In this document: positions 49,199 through 58,044 of the stretch, in pieces
Position numbering within the stretch: position 1 is the first letter of the stretch
How the letters are laid out: each line of letters opens with the position of its first letter
Source: an uncultured Gammaproteobacteria bacterium
Lineage (GTDB): Bacteria > Patescibacteriota > Microgenomatia > JAMCZE01
DNA: 64,000 bases
Assembly (NCBI GenBank): GCA_964641255.1
Contig: CAZXMM010000001.1
Location: forward strand, 143,757-207,756
Reading direction: 5' to 3'
Notes under the pieces: generated by a model
Seen by the model: the letters and a program-made list of their open reading frames with translations, nothing else
Databases searched by the model: none
What the model was told of the DNA's origin: nothing
Made by a program: the position numbers and the translations under genes

Positions 49199-50815
49199 AT
49201 GAATAATCACACCAGAAAGTTTTTTATATACACTCGCAAATCAACCGATACAGAGGATCGGCAAGTGAGAAGCATTTCAGACCAACTGGCCGAACTAAAA
49301 CAATTGGCGATAAAAGAGGATATTGATGTCGTTGATATTTTCGTGGAAAAACAAACCGCTAAAGCTCCGGGTCGGCCAGTATTTAATGAAATGCTTCTCC
49401 GTATCGAGCAAGGTGAGGCAAATGGAATTTTAGCTTGGCACCCCGACAGGTTAGCGAGGAATAGTGTTGACGGTGGAAAAGTTATTTACTTGCTCGATAC
49501 GGGAAAGATTGCCGAGCTGAAATTTCCAACTTTCTGGTGTGATCCGACACCGCAAGGCAAATTCATGCTCTCAATCGCTTTTTCGCAATCCAAGTATTAT
49601 GTTGATAACCTGTCGGAAAATATCAAGCGTGGTCATCGCAACAAAGTGAAAGACGGAATATGGCCTCAAATGTCTCCGCTCGGATATGTAAATGTGAAAG
49701 GTGCTGGAATTATTCCCGATATTGAAATTGCCAAACTGATTAAAAAGACATTTGAGGCATATTCGTCTGGGTCTTTCACTTTGCGACAACTCCGGGACAA
49801 GTTTAATGGACTTGGATTGAAGCGAAAAAGCGGAAAGGAACTTGCGGTGTCGAACTATCAGCAAATCCTCAAAAATCCTATCTACACAGGACTAATGAGA
49901 TATAACGGAGAGATTTTTGAGGGGAAGCACGAACCGATTATCACAAAGAAACTTTTTGATTCCGTTCAAGAAGTGATGATGAAAAAGAGCAAACCACATT
50001 CCAAAGGCCTAAAACCATTTTTATACAGAGGATTTTTCCGTTGCGGAGAATGTGGATGTTTCATCACTACCGAAACGCAGAAAGGTCATAATTATTTGAG
50101 GTGTACCAAACGGAAAAATCCTTGTGAACAAAAATATGTTCGTGAGGAAATCATCACTTCTAAAATCAGAACGGAATTACAAAAAGTTTCTTTGCCACTC
50201 GATTGGGCAAATTGGATGATTGTCGAAAACGAGAAAGATCGGCAATCAGAAACCCAATCGAGTGAGATTTTTTCTCAAAAAACAAAAGACGAAATTTCTC
50301 TTTTGGATTCCAAAATTGAGAAGCTGATGAACGCATATCTTGAAAACGCACTTTCGCTAGACGAATATCGTGATTCTAAAAACAAGTTGGTAAGCTCAAA
50401 ACAGCTTCTCAAAGAGAAATTATCAGCTTTTGAGAAAAAATCTCATAATCGGTTCGAACTTGCTGATAGATTCATAAAATCCAGTATAAACAATATGGAA
50501 TTGGCAAACGAGGGAATTCCCGAAAAGATTTTTCGGGAATTCAAAAAAGTCGGTTCGAACTTTCAAATTAAGGACCGAACCGTACTTTTTGAGCCACGCG
50601 GAGCGTGGCGAATCCTTGCAGAATCAGGATTTTGTGGGGGGAATGCAGAACAGTCGGCGCTTCGCGCCGACCATATTTTTGGTTCCGAAACCCTTTTCGA
50701 AAATCTGCGGAGGAGGCGAGATTCGAACTCGCGCGAGCTTGCGCTCAATTGCTTTCCAAGCAATCGGAATGGGCCACTATCCGACTCCTCCAACTTTAGA
50801 ATTCTATCAAATTGA
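49199..50815 (+). CDS. large serine recombinase (resolvase catalytic domain + recombinase domain + zinc ribbon + coiled coil)
   Basis: N-terminus YTRKSTDTEDRQVRSISDQ (catalytic Ser context), zinc ribbon CGECGC...C...C. The annotated 3' end runs through IR-B and into tRNA-Ser without a stop, so the functional C-terminus probably lies before about 50600. Confidence 0.8.
   Translation: MNNHTRKFFIYTRKSTDTEDRQVRSISDQLAELKQLAIKEDIDVVDIFVEKQTAKAPGRPVFNEMLLRIEQGEANGILAWHPDRLARNSVDGGKVIYLLDTGKIAELKFPTFWCDPTPQGKFMLSIAFSQSKYYVDNLSENIKRGHRNKVKDGIWPQMSPLGYVNVKGAGIIPDIEIAKLIKKTFEAYSSGSFTLRQLRDKFNGLGLKRKSGKELAVSNYQQILKNPIYTGLMRYNGEIFEGKHEPIITKKLFDSVQEVMMKKSKPHSKGLKPFLYRGFFRCGECGCFITTETQKGHNYLRCTKRKNPCEQKYVREEIITSKIRTELQKVSLPLDWANWMIVENEKDRQSETQSSEIFSQKTKDEISLLDSKIEKLMNAYLENALSLDEYRDSKNKLVSSKQLLKEKLSAFEKKSHNRFELADRFIKSSINNMELANEGIPEKIFREFKKVGSNFQIKDRTVLFEPRGAWRILAESGFCGGNAEQSALRADHIFGSETLFENLRRRRDSNSRELALNCFPSNRNGPLSDSSNFRILSN
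50601..50714. repeat. IR-B right copy (inverted), inside the 3' end of the recombinase ORF and abutting the tRNA-Ser(GGA) 3' end
   Basis: see IR-B left. Confidence 0.85.
50718..50801 (-). tRNA. tRNA-Ser (anticodon GGA)
   Basis: 84-nt type-II cloverleaf; anticodon loop TTGGAAA; T-arm GCGAG-TTCGAAT-CTCGC. Confidence 0.85.
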
Positions 50816-50830
50816 TGATACAATTGAGCT

Positions 50831-51235
50831 ATGAATGCAAAAGTTAATCATCTCCAGTTAAACATAGATTACAAAAATGCCCAATTCTATAAGGATCTAA
50901 TGGTGTTTCTTGGCTGGAAGGTGATTGGGGAGTGGGGTGACATTATGGGTTGGCAGGGCGAGGGGGAGGTGTCACTGTGGTTTAGCCAGAGTAAAAACGA
51001 GACGAAAAACGATCGTGACGGCCAGGGACTTAACCATGTAGGTCTTAAGGTGAAAGCAATTAGTGATGTTGACAAAGCCGCTAACTATTTAAAAGAGCAA
51101 GGGGTGGAGCTCCTCTATGGCACACCGCAGCATCGTCCCGATTTTACTCACAGTGAGGATACGACATACTACCAGGTCATGTTTGATTCTCCCGATAATA
51201 TCCTCTTCGAAATCATGTATACCGGCCCTAAGTAA
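50831..51235 (+). CDS. VOC (glyoxalase-fold) family protein
   Basis: 134 aa; beta-alpha-beta-beta-beta module pattern and HVGLKV motif. Confidence 0.5.
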   Translation: MNAKVNHLQLNIDYKNAQFYKDLMVFLGWKVIGEWGDIMGWQGEGEVSLWFSQSKNETKNDRDGQGLNHVGLKVKAISDVDKAANYLKEQGVELLYGTPQHRPDFTHSEDTTYYQVMFDSPDNILFEIMYTGPK

Positions 51236-51650
51236 AGGTGCTGGCTATATCTAGTAATTTTCGGTCATTAGCATGAGTTAACTTGGCTTTGGCTTCATTG
51301 GGGGGTAGCCAGAAAATGGCGGCGATTTCTTTCGGCTGGGGAGCGTCCACTCCGGAGACGTATTCCATTAAAAAATAGGTTACGATCTTAAAAATCTTTT
51401 CTCCTTTAAAGGTATAAAAAATTTTACTCTCACCCAGTTTCTTAAGCACTCGCGCCGTAATTCCTGTTTCCTCTCTCACCTCACGAATTGCTGCGTCGAT
51501 CGCTTTCTCACCGGGACCTATAAGGCCCTTAGGAAAGCCAAAGCGAATCTTGGGAAAGTCAGTACTGGGTTTGGGCTGAATCAGGAGAAATAGAGAACTA
51601 CCCCCCTGTTTTTTAAAGACTACTCCACCAGCTGAAAATTGTCTAACCAT
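51228..51650 (-). CDS. NUDIX hydrolase
   Basis: NUDIX box GFPKGLIGPGEKAIDAAIREVREETGI; start taken at the internal Met (MVRQFSAGG) so as not to overlap tRNA-Arg. Confidence 0.75.
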   Translation of the reverse strand: MVRQFSAGGVVFKKQGGSSLFLLIQPKPSTDFPKIRFGFPKGLIGPGEKAIDAAIREVREETGITARVLKKLGESKIFYTFKGEKIFKIVTYFLMEYVSGVDAPQPKEIAAIFWLPPNEAKAKLTHANDRKLLDIASTFT

Positions 51651-51667
51651 ACTTAGTACCCACAGTG

Positions 51668-51739
51668 TGCTCCTAAGAGGAATCGAACCTCCATCACAGC
51701 CTTCGGAGGGCCGTACTCTATCCATTGAGCTATAGGAGC
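51668..51739 (-). tRNA. tRNA-Arg (anticodon CCG)
   Basis: 72-nt cloverleaf; anticodon loop CTCCGAA. Confidence 0.8.
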
Positions 51740-51745
51740 AAGCGG

Positions 51746-51827
51746 CGGAGGGTAGAGGAGTCGAACCTCTTAGTCCTTGCGGACATTAGTTTTCAAGACT
51801 AACGCATTACCGCCCTGCCCACCCTCC
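51746..51827 (-). tRNA. tRNA-Ser (anticodon TGA)
   Basis: 82-nt type-II cloverleaf; anticodon loop CTTGAAA. Confidence 0.85.
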
Positions 51828-51834
51828 ACCATGG

Positions 51835-51906
51835 CGCTCCCAGACAGAATCGAACTGTCATCACTAGGTCCGCAACCTAGTACTCTATCCATTAAGCTAT
51901 GGGAGC
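51835..51906 (-). tRNA. tRNA-Arg (anticodon reads GCG)
   Basis: 72-nt cloverleaf nearly identical to the Arg-CCG gene except for the anticodon arm; loop TTGCGGA. Confidence 0.7.
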
Positions 51907-51941
51907 AGGCTCTATTTGGCTTACCAATTATAACGGTTTAG

Positions 51942-52571
51942 CTAGGAGGGTGCCACCTCGGTTGGAGTGGGGGGAGAAGTGGGTACGGTTTTTTCCGCTT
52001 TGGTAGCGAGCATTTTTTCCATAGGAAATTTTTTAGCTAACCAATCGGTCAATTTCTCGGTGGCGGATTTTTGCCAAACTTCAATAAAGGGAAGAAACTG
52101 GGCAAGGTGGTCCCTAATTACACCTTCGTCCTCACGGTGAATTAAAAAAATTAGTTGACCAAAGACGTTTCTGTAGCCCACATGCAGTAGCCGCTGATCA
52201 CCTTTATCAGAAAACCAGAACACTCCCAGCTCAATCCAGAGGTAGGTGTGGCCTTGAGAGATTATCCCCTGGGTAGTTATTCGGTGTTCCACTTCTTCTG
52301 GTTGGACTTTGGAAAGAGCAAACAGTAAAAAAACAGTCGCCCAAGATAAAACAATTAGCAACCATTCCTGGAAAAAGGCAAAAATGATGGATAACAAAAG
52401 GGCGATGGTAGCGATTGTTGTAAACGCCCCTTTGGGGTACTGCCTTTCCGGGTGGGAGAGAGACTTCCAGACAAAGAGGTCGCGAACGCCTCGTTCGGCC
52501 TTGTTAGGTCGTTGCCAAATGGAGTCACTTTCTGTTTCTGGTGTGGGACTTGGGGCAGAATTTTCCATCAA
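51942..52571 (-). CDS. hypothetical membrane protein
   Basis: 209 aa, two central TM helices, Pro/Thr-rich N-terminus. Confidence 0.35.
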   Translation of the reverse strand: MMENSAPSPTPETESDSIWQRPNKAERGVRDLFVWKSLSHPERQYPKGAFTTIATIALLLSIIFAFFQEWLLIVLSWATVFLLFALSKVQPEEVEHRITTQGIISQGHTYLWIELGVFWFSDKGDQRLLHVGYRNVFGQLIFLIHREDEGVIRDHLAQFLPFIEVWQKSATEKLTDWLAKKFPMEKMLATKAEKTVPTSPPTPTEVAPS

Positions 52572-52873
52572 GTTTAACTATACGTCCAAACCACTGGTGT
52601 GTAAAGTAAAAGAGGTCCAGAGTTTTAGTAAGAGGTTTGGCCAAGAACGGTATTGCCAACAAGTGGACTTAAGAAGTTTCCTGGATTACTGACAAGTAGT
52701 AATAAAATTACCACAACCACTAAAAGTAGCAGAAATTCGTTTTGATCGAAGTGATGGTGGTTGTTTGATCTTGGTCCACTTTTTGTCAGCCTTTTCCGTT
52801 TCATAATATTAGTATGGGATTTTGGGCGAATAATGTCAATTACCCACAAGGTTCGTTATAATAAACAATTAAA

Positions 52874-52956
52874 GGAGAGCGGGCAGGACGGTAATGCGCT
52901 GGTTTCGAAAACCAGTGCCCTAACTGGGCTAACAGGTTCGACTCCTGTGCTCTCCG
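52874..52956 (+). tRNA. tRNA-Ser (anticodon CGA)
   Basis: 83-nt type-II cloverleaf; anticodon loop TTCGAAA; T-arm ACAGG-TTCGACT-CCTGT. Confidence 0.85.
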
Positions 52957-52990
52957 CCCCAATTGAGTGTTGAGTGGATTAAGACATATA

Positions 52991-54412
52991 ATGAACCAAA
53001 TGATCGTGACTAAAAAAACTAAGATTGTGGCTACGCTCGGGCCAGCCTGTGACAGTGTCGACCAAATCAGCTCTCTTATTGGAGCCGGCGTCAATGTGTT
53101 TCGTTTTAATATGAAACACAACGAATACGCTTGGCACGAGGAGCGAATGATAAGAGTGAGACAGGTAGCCCAGCAAATGGCGGCGGTAGTGGGGATACTA
53201 ATTGACCTCCAAGGCCCCGAGATTAGGATTGCCACTAGGGATCAACAGGTGGTCAATCTAGCCAGTGGGCAGGAGGTAGTATTTGGTAATAGCTTTGCCG
53301 ATCCTACGGTACAAATTCAACTGTCTCACGAAAACATTCTCCATTCGTTAGTGGCTGGTGATAGTTTGTTAATTGATGACGGTTTCGTCGAGCTCGTGGT
53401 TGTCAAAAGGGAGGCTGACAAAGTTGTGGCCAGGTCTCTTGAGGCCGCAGTTATAAAAAATCACAAGGGTTTAAATATTCCCGCCAAGGAGATAGATTTA
53501 CCGTCGTTAACTGCCAGTGATTTAGAGAAACTGGAGTTAGCGGCAAAACTAAGAGCAGACTTTGTTGGCCTGTCTTTTTGCCGAACCAAGACTGACCTGG
53601 AAATCTTAAAAAAGGAAATGGCTACCCGCGGTGTTAGCGCTAAAATTGTGGCCAAAATTGAAAATCAACAGGCCCTTAACAATATTGACGAGATTATTGA
53701 AAACGCCGATGCCGTTATGGTGGCTAGGGGCGATTTGGGGGTGGAGGTGCCCATGGAACAGCTGGCTTTTTGGCAAACCGAGATGATAAATAAATGCCGG
53801 CTGGCCGGTAAGCCGGTGATTGTGGCGACCCAAATGCTTCAGTCGATGATAGATAATCCCCGGCCCACCCGGGCTGAAGTCACTGACGTTGCTAACGCCG
53901 TGTTGCAAGGCACTGACGCAGTAATGCTCTCTGGGGAAACCGCTTCCGGTAAATACCCGGTTAAAACTGTAGAGATTATGGCCCAAATTGCCAACTATAA
54001 TGAGCAAAAAGCCAAAGTTCTAGAGTTAAACCAATCGCCAACTACTATGACGCAGTTGATTGCTTTGGGTGGGGCGCAAATTTTGCGGCAAACTGGCAAA
54101 CTGGCTATTGACGCCATTTTAGTTTTCACCCAAACAGGTAGAACTGCTGAAGTGATTTCCTCCTTTAGGTCCACAGTGCCGATAATTGCGGTTACCGATC
54201 AACAGGATAGTATTGGGAAATTGACCTTGTCTTACGGGGTGAATCCGGTTTTTGAAGAATTTCCCAGTGGCGAATTCTTGACTCCCACTGCGGTGGTTAC
54301 TCGGCTGGTAGCCAAAGGGGTTTTTAAGAAAGACCAGACAATTTTAGTTGTCCACGGTCAGCACTGGAAGACTCCGGGCCTCACTAACTCACTGTCAATT
54401 ATTACAGTTTAA
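52991..54412 (+). CDS. pyk: pyruvate kinase
   Basis: KIVATLGPA, MVARGDLGVE and C-terminal allosteric-domain similarity; start at the ATG at 52991. Confidence 0.9.
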   Translation: MNQMIVTKKTKIVATLGPACDSVDQISSLIGAGVNVFRFNMKHNEYAWHEERMIRVRQVAQQMAAVVGILIDLQGPEIRIATRDQQVVNLASGQEVVFGNSFADPTVQIQLSHENILHSLVAGDSLLIDDGFVELVVVKREADKVVARSLEAAVIKNHKGLNIPAKEIDLPSLTASDLEKLELAAKLRADFVGLSFCRTKTDLEILKKEMATRGVSAKIVAKIENQQALNNIDEIIENADAVMVARGDLGVEVPMEQLAFWQTEMINKCRLAGKPVIVATQMLQSMIDNPRPTRAEVTDVANAVLQGTDAVMLSGETASGKYPVKTVEIMAQIANYNEQKAKVLELNQSPTTMTQLIALGGAQILRQTGKLAIDAILVFTQTGRTAEVISSFRSTVPIIAVTDQQDSIGKLTLSYGVNPVFEEFPSGEFLTPTAVVTRLVAKGVFKKDQTILVVHGQHWKTPGLTNSLSIITV

Positions 54413-55865
54413 AACTCAGGATCATTTCGGAGAGATAGCGGTCAGTTGGAGCGTAGTTATCAGTTAACAAAGGAACACTACTACTAGTGTAGTATTTTGG
54501 TACCGGTTGATAAAAAAGGGTAGGGTGGGCAGAAGTGACCAAGTCGGTGTCTATTGGTTTATTTCCGGCTACTATGACCACATTGACGGCGGCCGGGTTT
54601 TTCTGGCCGTTACTGATTGGCAATAAACTGATGTAGGCAAACTCCTGTTTTAAAGTCTGGTAATAGGCCTGAAGCATTGTTGAGTCGTTATTCTTGGTAC
54701 CCGAGACCATGTTAACTAACAACATTCCATCAGGTTTTAAGCCCCTTTTAAGCAGTTTAATAGACTCATGGGTCGTTAGTTGGTAGGGAAGGCTATAAAA
54801 CGAGGAAAAGGCGTCAAGGAAAATCAGATCATATTTTTGGTGATTGCGGCCCAGAAATATTCGCCCGTCTTCGCTGTAGTTCTTAACTTTGCTCGAGGGC
54901 CGATAACCCAGGTACCGTTGAGACAATTGTGGCAACTGCTCGTCAATTTCCACGATGTCAAGACTACTGAGGGGAAACTGGGCGAGGAAATATTTCGGTA
55001 GAGTGTAGCCCCCGCCACCAATAAGAAGAGCTGACTGCGGGTGGGGATGTAAGTGACTAAGAACGAGAAAGGCTTCTAAATAGGGGAAAACGATCTCATC
55101 GCTGCTGAGATTTATTGCCGAGTGCATTTCTTTGTTGATTTGTAAGTAACGAATCTTGTCCACATCAAAAATTTTTACAAAACTGTAGAGAGTTTCACCT
55201 TGAAAAATCAGTCCTGTCCCGCCCGGTTGACTTATAAACAGTCCCCCGGCTAGAAGAGTGAGTATTAGAAAAGACTTCCCCATTGTATTAGCTCGGTAAA
55301 GCACCAGAGCCAGAATAAGAAGGGAGACCGCCAAAATAGCAAGGATTTGGGTAAGACCCAAATAGCTGACTAGCACAAAGCCCGCTAAAAAAGTGCCCAC
55401 GATACTGCCGATAGTGGCAGTGGCGCTGAGTTTTCCGGCAATTTCCCCACTGTCCCCCACACTATTTATCGCTAGGCGGGTAGCGTAAGGTGAGACCATG
55501 GCCAAAAAAATACTGGCGGGAGAAAATAGCAGTAAACCGGCTAGGACGGAGGCCAGTCGTAAATCTGGAGTAACTATTAGGACCAAACTAAGCAGTGGGT
55601 CTTTCAGTAGGGTTAATAGACTAACGGCTACGGCTGCGGCTAATACCAGTTTGCTGAGGGTTATCAGACTTGGGTTGTTATTAGAGATTTTACCGCCGAG
55701 ATAGTAGCCCAAACTCAAGCTCCCTAGGATGACACCGATTAGCCCGGTCCAAGTGTACAGAGAGACACCCAGGTAAGGAGCCAGGATTCGTGAGCCGATG
55801 ATTTCTAGTATCATCACGACCGCTCCACAGACGAAGACAACTAGTTTTAAGGTAGTATTGATCAT
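54402..55865 (-). CDS. fusion protein: N-terminal polytopic membrane domain + C-terminal spermidine-synthase-like (class I MTase fold) domain
   Basis: about 200-aa multi-TM region; C-terminus LLIGGGGYTLPKYF ... DIVEIDEQL ... YDLIFLDAF aminopropyltransferase-like motifs. Confidence 0.6.
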   Translation of the reverse strand: MINTTLKLVVFVCGAVVMILEIIGSRILAPYLGVSLYTWTGLIGVILGSLSLGYYLGGKISNNNPSLITLSKLVLAAAVAVSLLTLLKDPLLSLVLIVTPDLRLASVLAGLLLFSPASIFLAMVSPYATRLAINSVGDSGEIAGKLSATATIGSIVGTFLAGFVLVSYLGLTQILAILAVSLLILALVLYRANTMGKSFLILTLLAGGLFISQPGGTGLIFQGETLYSFVKIFDVDKIRYLQINKEMHSAINLSSDEIVFPYLEAFLVLSHLHPHPQSALLIGGGGYTLPKYFLAQFPLSSLDIVEIDEQLPQLSQRYLGYRPSSKVKNYSEDGRIFLGRNHQKYDLIFLDAFSSFYSLPYQLTTHESIKLLKRGLKPDGMLLVNMVSGTKNNDSTMLQAYYQTLKQEFAYISLLPISNGQKNPAAVNVVIVAGNKPIDTDLVTSAHPTLFYQPVPKYYTSSSVPLLTDNYAPTDRYLSEMILSFKL

Positions 55866-55957
55866 AATTTTGGCGGTGTTTATTAGAAAATATTCCTATG
55901 GACCACTGGCGACTTACTATGAAATCCTAAAGGATTTAACTCGAGCAGCCGATTGTT

Positions 55958-56896
55958 TTAGTTTTTATCTATATGCCTTTCAAAATCGTTCACTAAGGTA
56001 ACTACCGAGTCGCCTTTGCCTTCTTGCTCCCAATCAATTTTTGGCGGGTGGTAATTTGGAGGACGAAAATCAGTCATACTTTTATAGTCGCTTTCTGACA
56101 TCTGAAAATCTGTTGACGCGACATTTTCGTCTATATGATTATTATTCGTAGAAAACACCATCGGACTGTATCCCAAATAGCAAATCCAATTTAATATGAT
56201 TTGGCTTTGGGTCTTACCATATTTCTTCGCGAGCTGGACAAGAAGTTGCCAATTATGTTCGAACGTCAAACTTCGCCGAAGCGGCCGCCAGATAATGTTT
56301 TTAACCCCTAACTCGTCGCAAGTAGCAAAAACTCCTTTGTCTTGCAATGCCCTGACCTCAAAACTGAGATGTCCCTCGTGTGCATAAAATTTATCACCAA
56401 ATTTTTTCTTAAAGGCTCTAAGACATTTCGGACTTGCGTTTGAAAGACTAACAAATCTTGTTTTTCCAGATTTTAGAAGTTCGTGTAAAAGAGAGAAACT
56501 TGGTTGTTCGCCAAATTTAGCTATAAAAGATTGGGTGATAAGAGTCGAATCGGCATAATCAGTTTCCATTATTTCATAAAATCTGGTGATGTCTTGATTA
56601 GCGATTTCTATTGACGCTAAATCTCTCGGATATAAAGAGTGTGTTAAAAATATATCTTGCCTATCGATAGAGCTTTCATCGAGAGCCTCTTTAAAAAGAG
56701 TGAGAGATTCGCCATGACCATACCCTAAGGCAATCTCGGTGAAATTGACATTTTTCTTGAGAGTGTGGACTAGAGCATCAACGTATTTTTTACCCCCAAC
56801 CCTTTCGGTAAGAGCCATATCTCTATGGCCTCGTCCTCCGACACCGTAAGTCCCGATACCAATTTTTGATAAATTCTTACCAGATAAAGTTTTCAT
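55958..56896 (-). CDS. aldo/keto reductase family oxidoreductase
   Basis: IGIGTYGVGG N-terminal motif and AKR-fold length. Confidence 0.7.
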   Translation of the reverse strand: MKTLSGKNLSKIGIGTYGVGGRGHRDMALTERVGGKKYVDALVHTLKKNVNFTEIALGYGHGESLTLFKEALDESSIDRQDIFLTHSLYPRDLASIEIANQDITRFYEIMETDYADSTLITQSFIAKFGEQPSFSLLHELLKSGKTRFVSLSNASPKCLRAFKKKFGDKFYAHEGHLSFEVRALQDKGVFATCDELGVKNIIWRPLRRSLTFEHNWQLLVQLAKKYGKTQSQIILNWICYLGYSPMVFSTNNNHIDENVASTDFQMSESDYKSMTDFRPPNYHPPKIDWEQEGKGDSVVTLVNDFERHIDKN

Positions 56897-57155
56897 AATT
56901 ATCTCAATAAATCTTCAACGAAAACGCTGCGGGCTTTAGCAATTTTTGTTACCATCTGTGCTCCTGACTTGGTTACACAATTGCTTTCGATCTTGGCGAG
57001 AGTGGAATACTTGTATCCGTAAGATTATGATAGCAATTTTTTTAATTCTCTCCAAGAAAGCCCAGCTTCTACCTTAGTAAATAACGGGCTGCAATATCAC
57101 AAAAAACGGCTGGGGAGTCCGCGTAGCGGCCGAGCCCATGACTCCATTTCCTAAC

Positions 57156-57245
57156 TGGCGGAGGAGACAGGATTCGAACCTGCGCGAGCCTTGCGGCTCA
57201 GAGAGTTAGCAACCCTCCGCAATGGACCAACTATGCGACTCCTCC
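57156..57245 (-). tRNA. tRNA-Ser (anticodon GCT), 3' CCA encoded
   Basis: 90-nt type-II cloverleaf; anticodon loop TTGCTAA. Confidence 0.85.
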
Positions 57246-57320
57246 CGGCAAATTTCAATTATAACAGCTACCGAAGCCCTCTTCACTTGATTGTCTGGAC
57301 TAATCTATTAAGATTGCCCT

Positions 57321-58019
57321 ATGAAAGCTACTTTGGAGGTTCACGAAATTCAGCGCCAGATTATTGTTTCCCTACTGCTTAAACCCAAGCAATCATTTGG
57401 GAAGTTGAATGCTGCCAAAATTCCTAGTGACCACTTTAACTTTCACCTTCAGTCGTTAGTAGGGTCAGGGCTAGTAAAAAAGACTGGTGATGGGTACGAA
57501 CTTAGTAGTACTGGTAAGGAATTTGGCAACCGTTTTGACACTGAGGCAGTTCAATTAGAGAAACAAGCTAAGGTCGGTATTCTCCTTGTTTGTCAACGCA
57601 AACAAAAAGGAAGCACTCAGTATCTTATTCAACAGCGTCTTAAACAACCCTATTATGGTTATTACGGATTTCCTGGGGGCAAAGTCAGATATGGGGAGAC
57701 CATAGTTGAGGCTGCCAGTAGGGAATTACTTGAAGAAACTGGACTGACTGGTACTCTTACAATTGTTGGGATCAAACATAAAATGGATTATTCACCGACT
57801 AAAGAGTTACTTGAAGATAAGATTTTTTTAATTTTCAAAGCCACCAAAGTTAAGGGTGACTATAAAACTACTTTTCGTGAAGGTCGGAATAAGTGGCTAA
57901 CAAGGCAGGAAATTTTAAGGCTCCCCAATTTGTTTGATGGGGTCAGTGAGACGATTGACATGAGTAATGCTAAAGCGCTTCAATTTGTTGAAGCTAAATA
58001 TACTGTGAGTGGATTCTAG
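57321..58019 (+). CDS. NUDIX hydrolase with N-terminal wHTH-like domain
   Basis: NUDIX box GFPGGKVRYGETIVEAASRELLEETGL in the C-terminal half. Confidence 0.65.
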   Translation: MKATLEVHEIQRQIIVSLLLKPKQSFGKLNAAKIPSDHFNFHLQSLVGSGLVKKTGDGYELSSTGKEFGNRFDTEAVQLEKQAKVGILLVCQRKQKGSTQYLIQQRLKQPYYGYYGFPGGKVRYGETIVEAASRELLEETGLTGTLTIVGIKHKMDYSPTKELLEDKIFLIFKATKVKGDYKTTFREGRNKWLTRQEILRLPNLFDGVSETIDMSNAKALQFVEAKYTVSGF

Positions 58020-58044
58020 TCGGGGAAGAAACAGTTACAATTGA

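Larger units (their letters stand above)
45925..50718. mobile_element. candidate recombinase-associated mobile or invertible module (IR-A|cargo|IR-A' + IR-B|serine recombinase|IR-B') adjacent to tRNA-Ser(GGA)
   Basis: nested perfect inverted repeats, serine recombinase, AT-rich cargo between GC-rich repeats, tRNA-adjacent position; boundaries are inference. Confidence 0.5.

Noticed and set aside
48790-49210. Overlapping ORFs on both strands (138, 109, 74, 71 aa) at the cargo/recombinase junction
   Set aside because: All fall inside the GC-rich IR-A/IR-B repeat copies, have mutually overlapping frames and low-complexity translations (RGAWRILAESGFCGGNAEQ appears in both orientations because of the repeat). 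They are repeat DNA rather than genes.
50563-50834. ORFs of 86, 81 and 64 aa overlapping IR-B right and tRNA-Ser(GGA)
   Set aside because: Same repeat-derived frames; they overlap a well-folded tRNA gene.
51651-51725. N-terminal 25 codons of the 165-aa NUDIX ORF
   Set aside because: This extension overlaps tRNA-Arg(CCG). An internal Met preceded by the tRNA gives a sensible 140-aa NUDIX protein.
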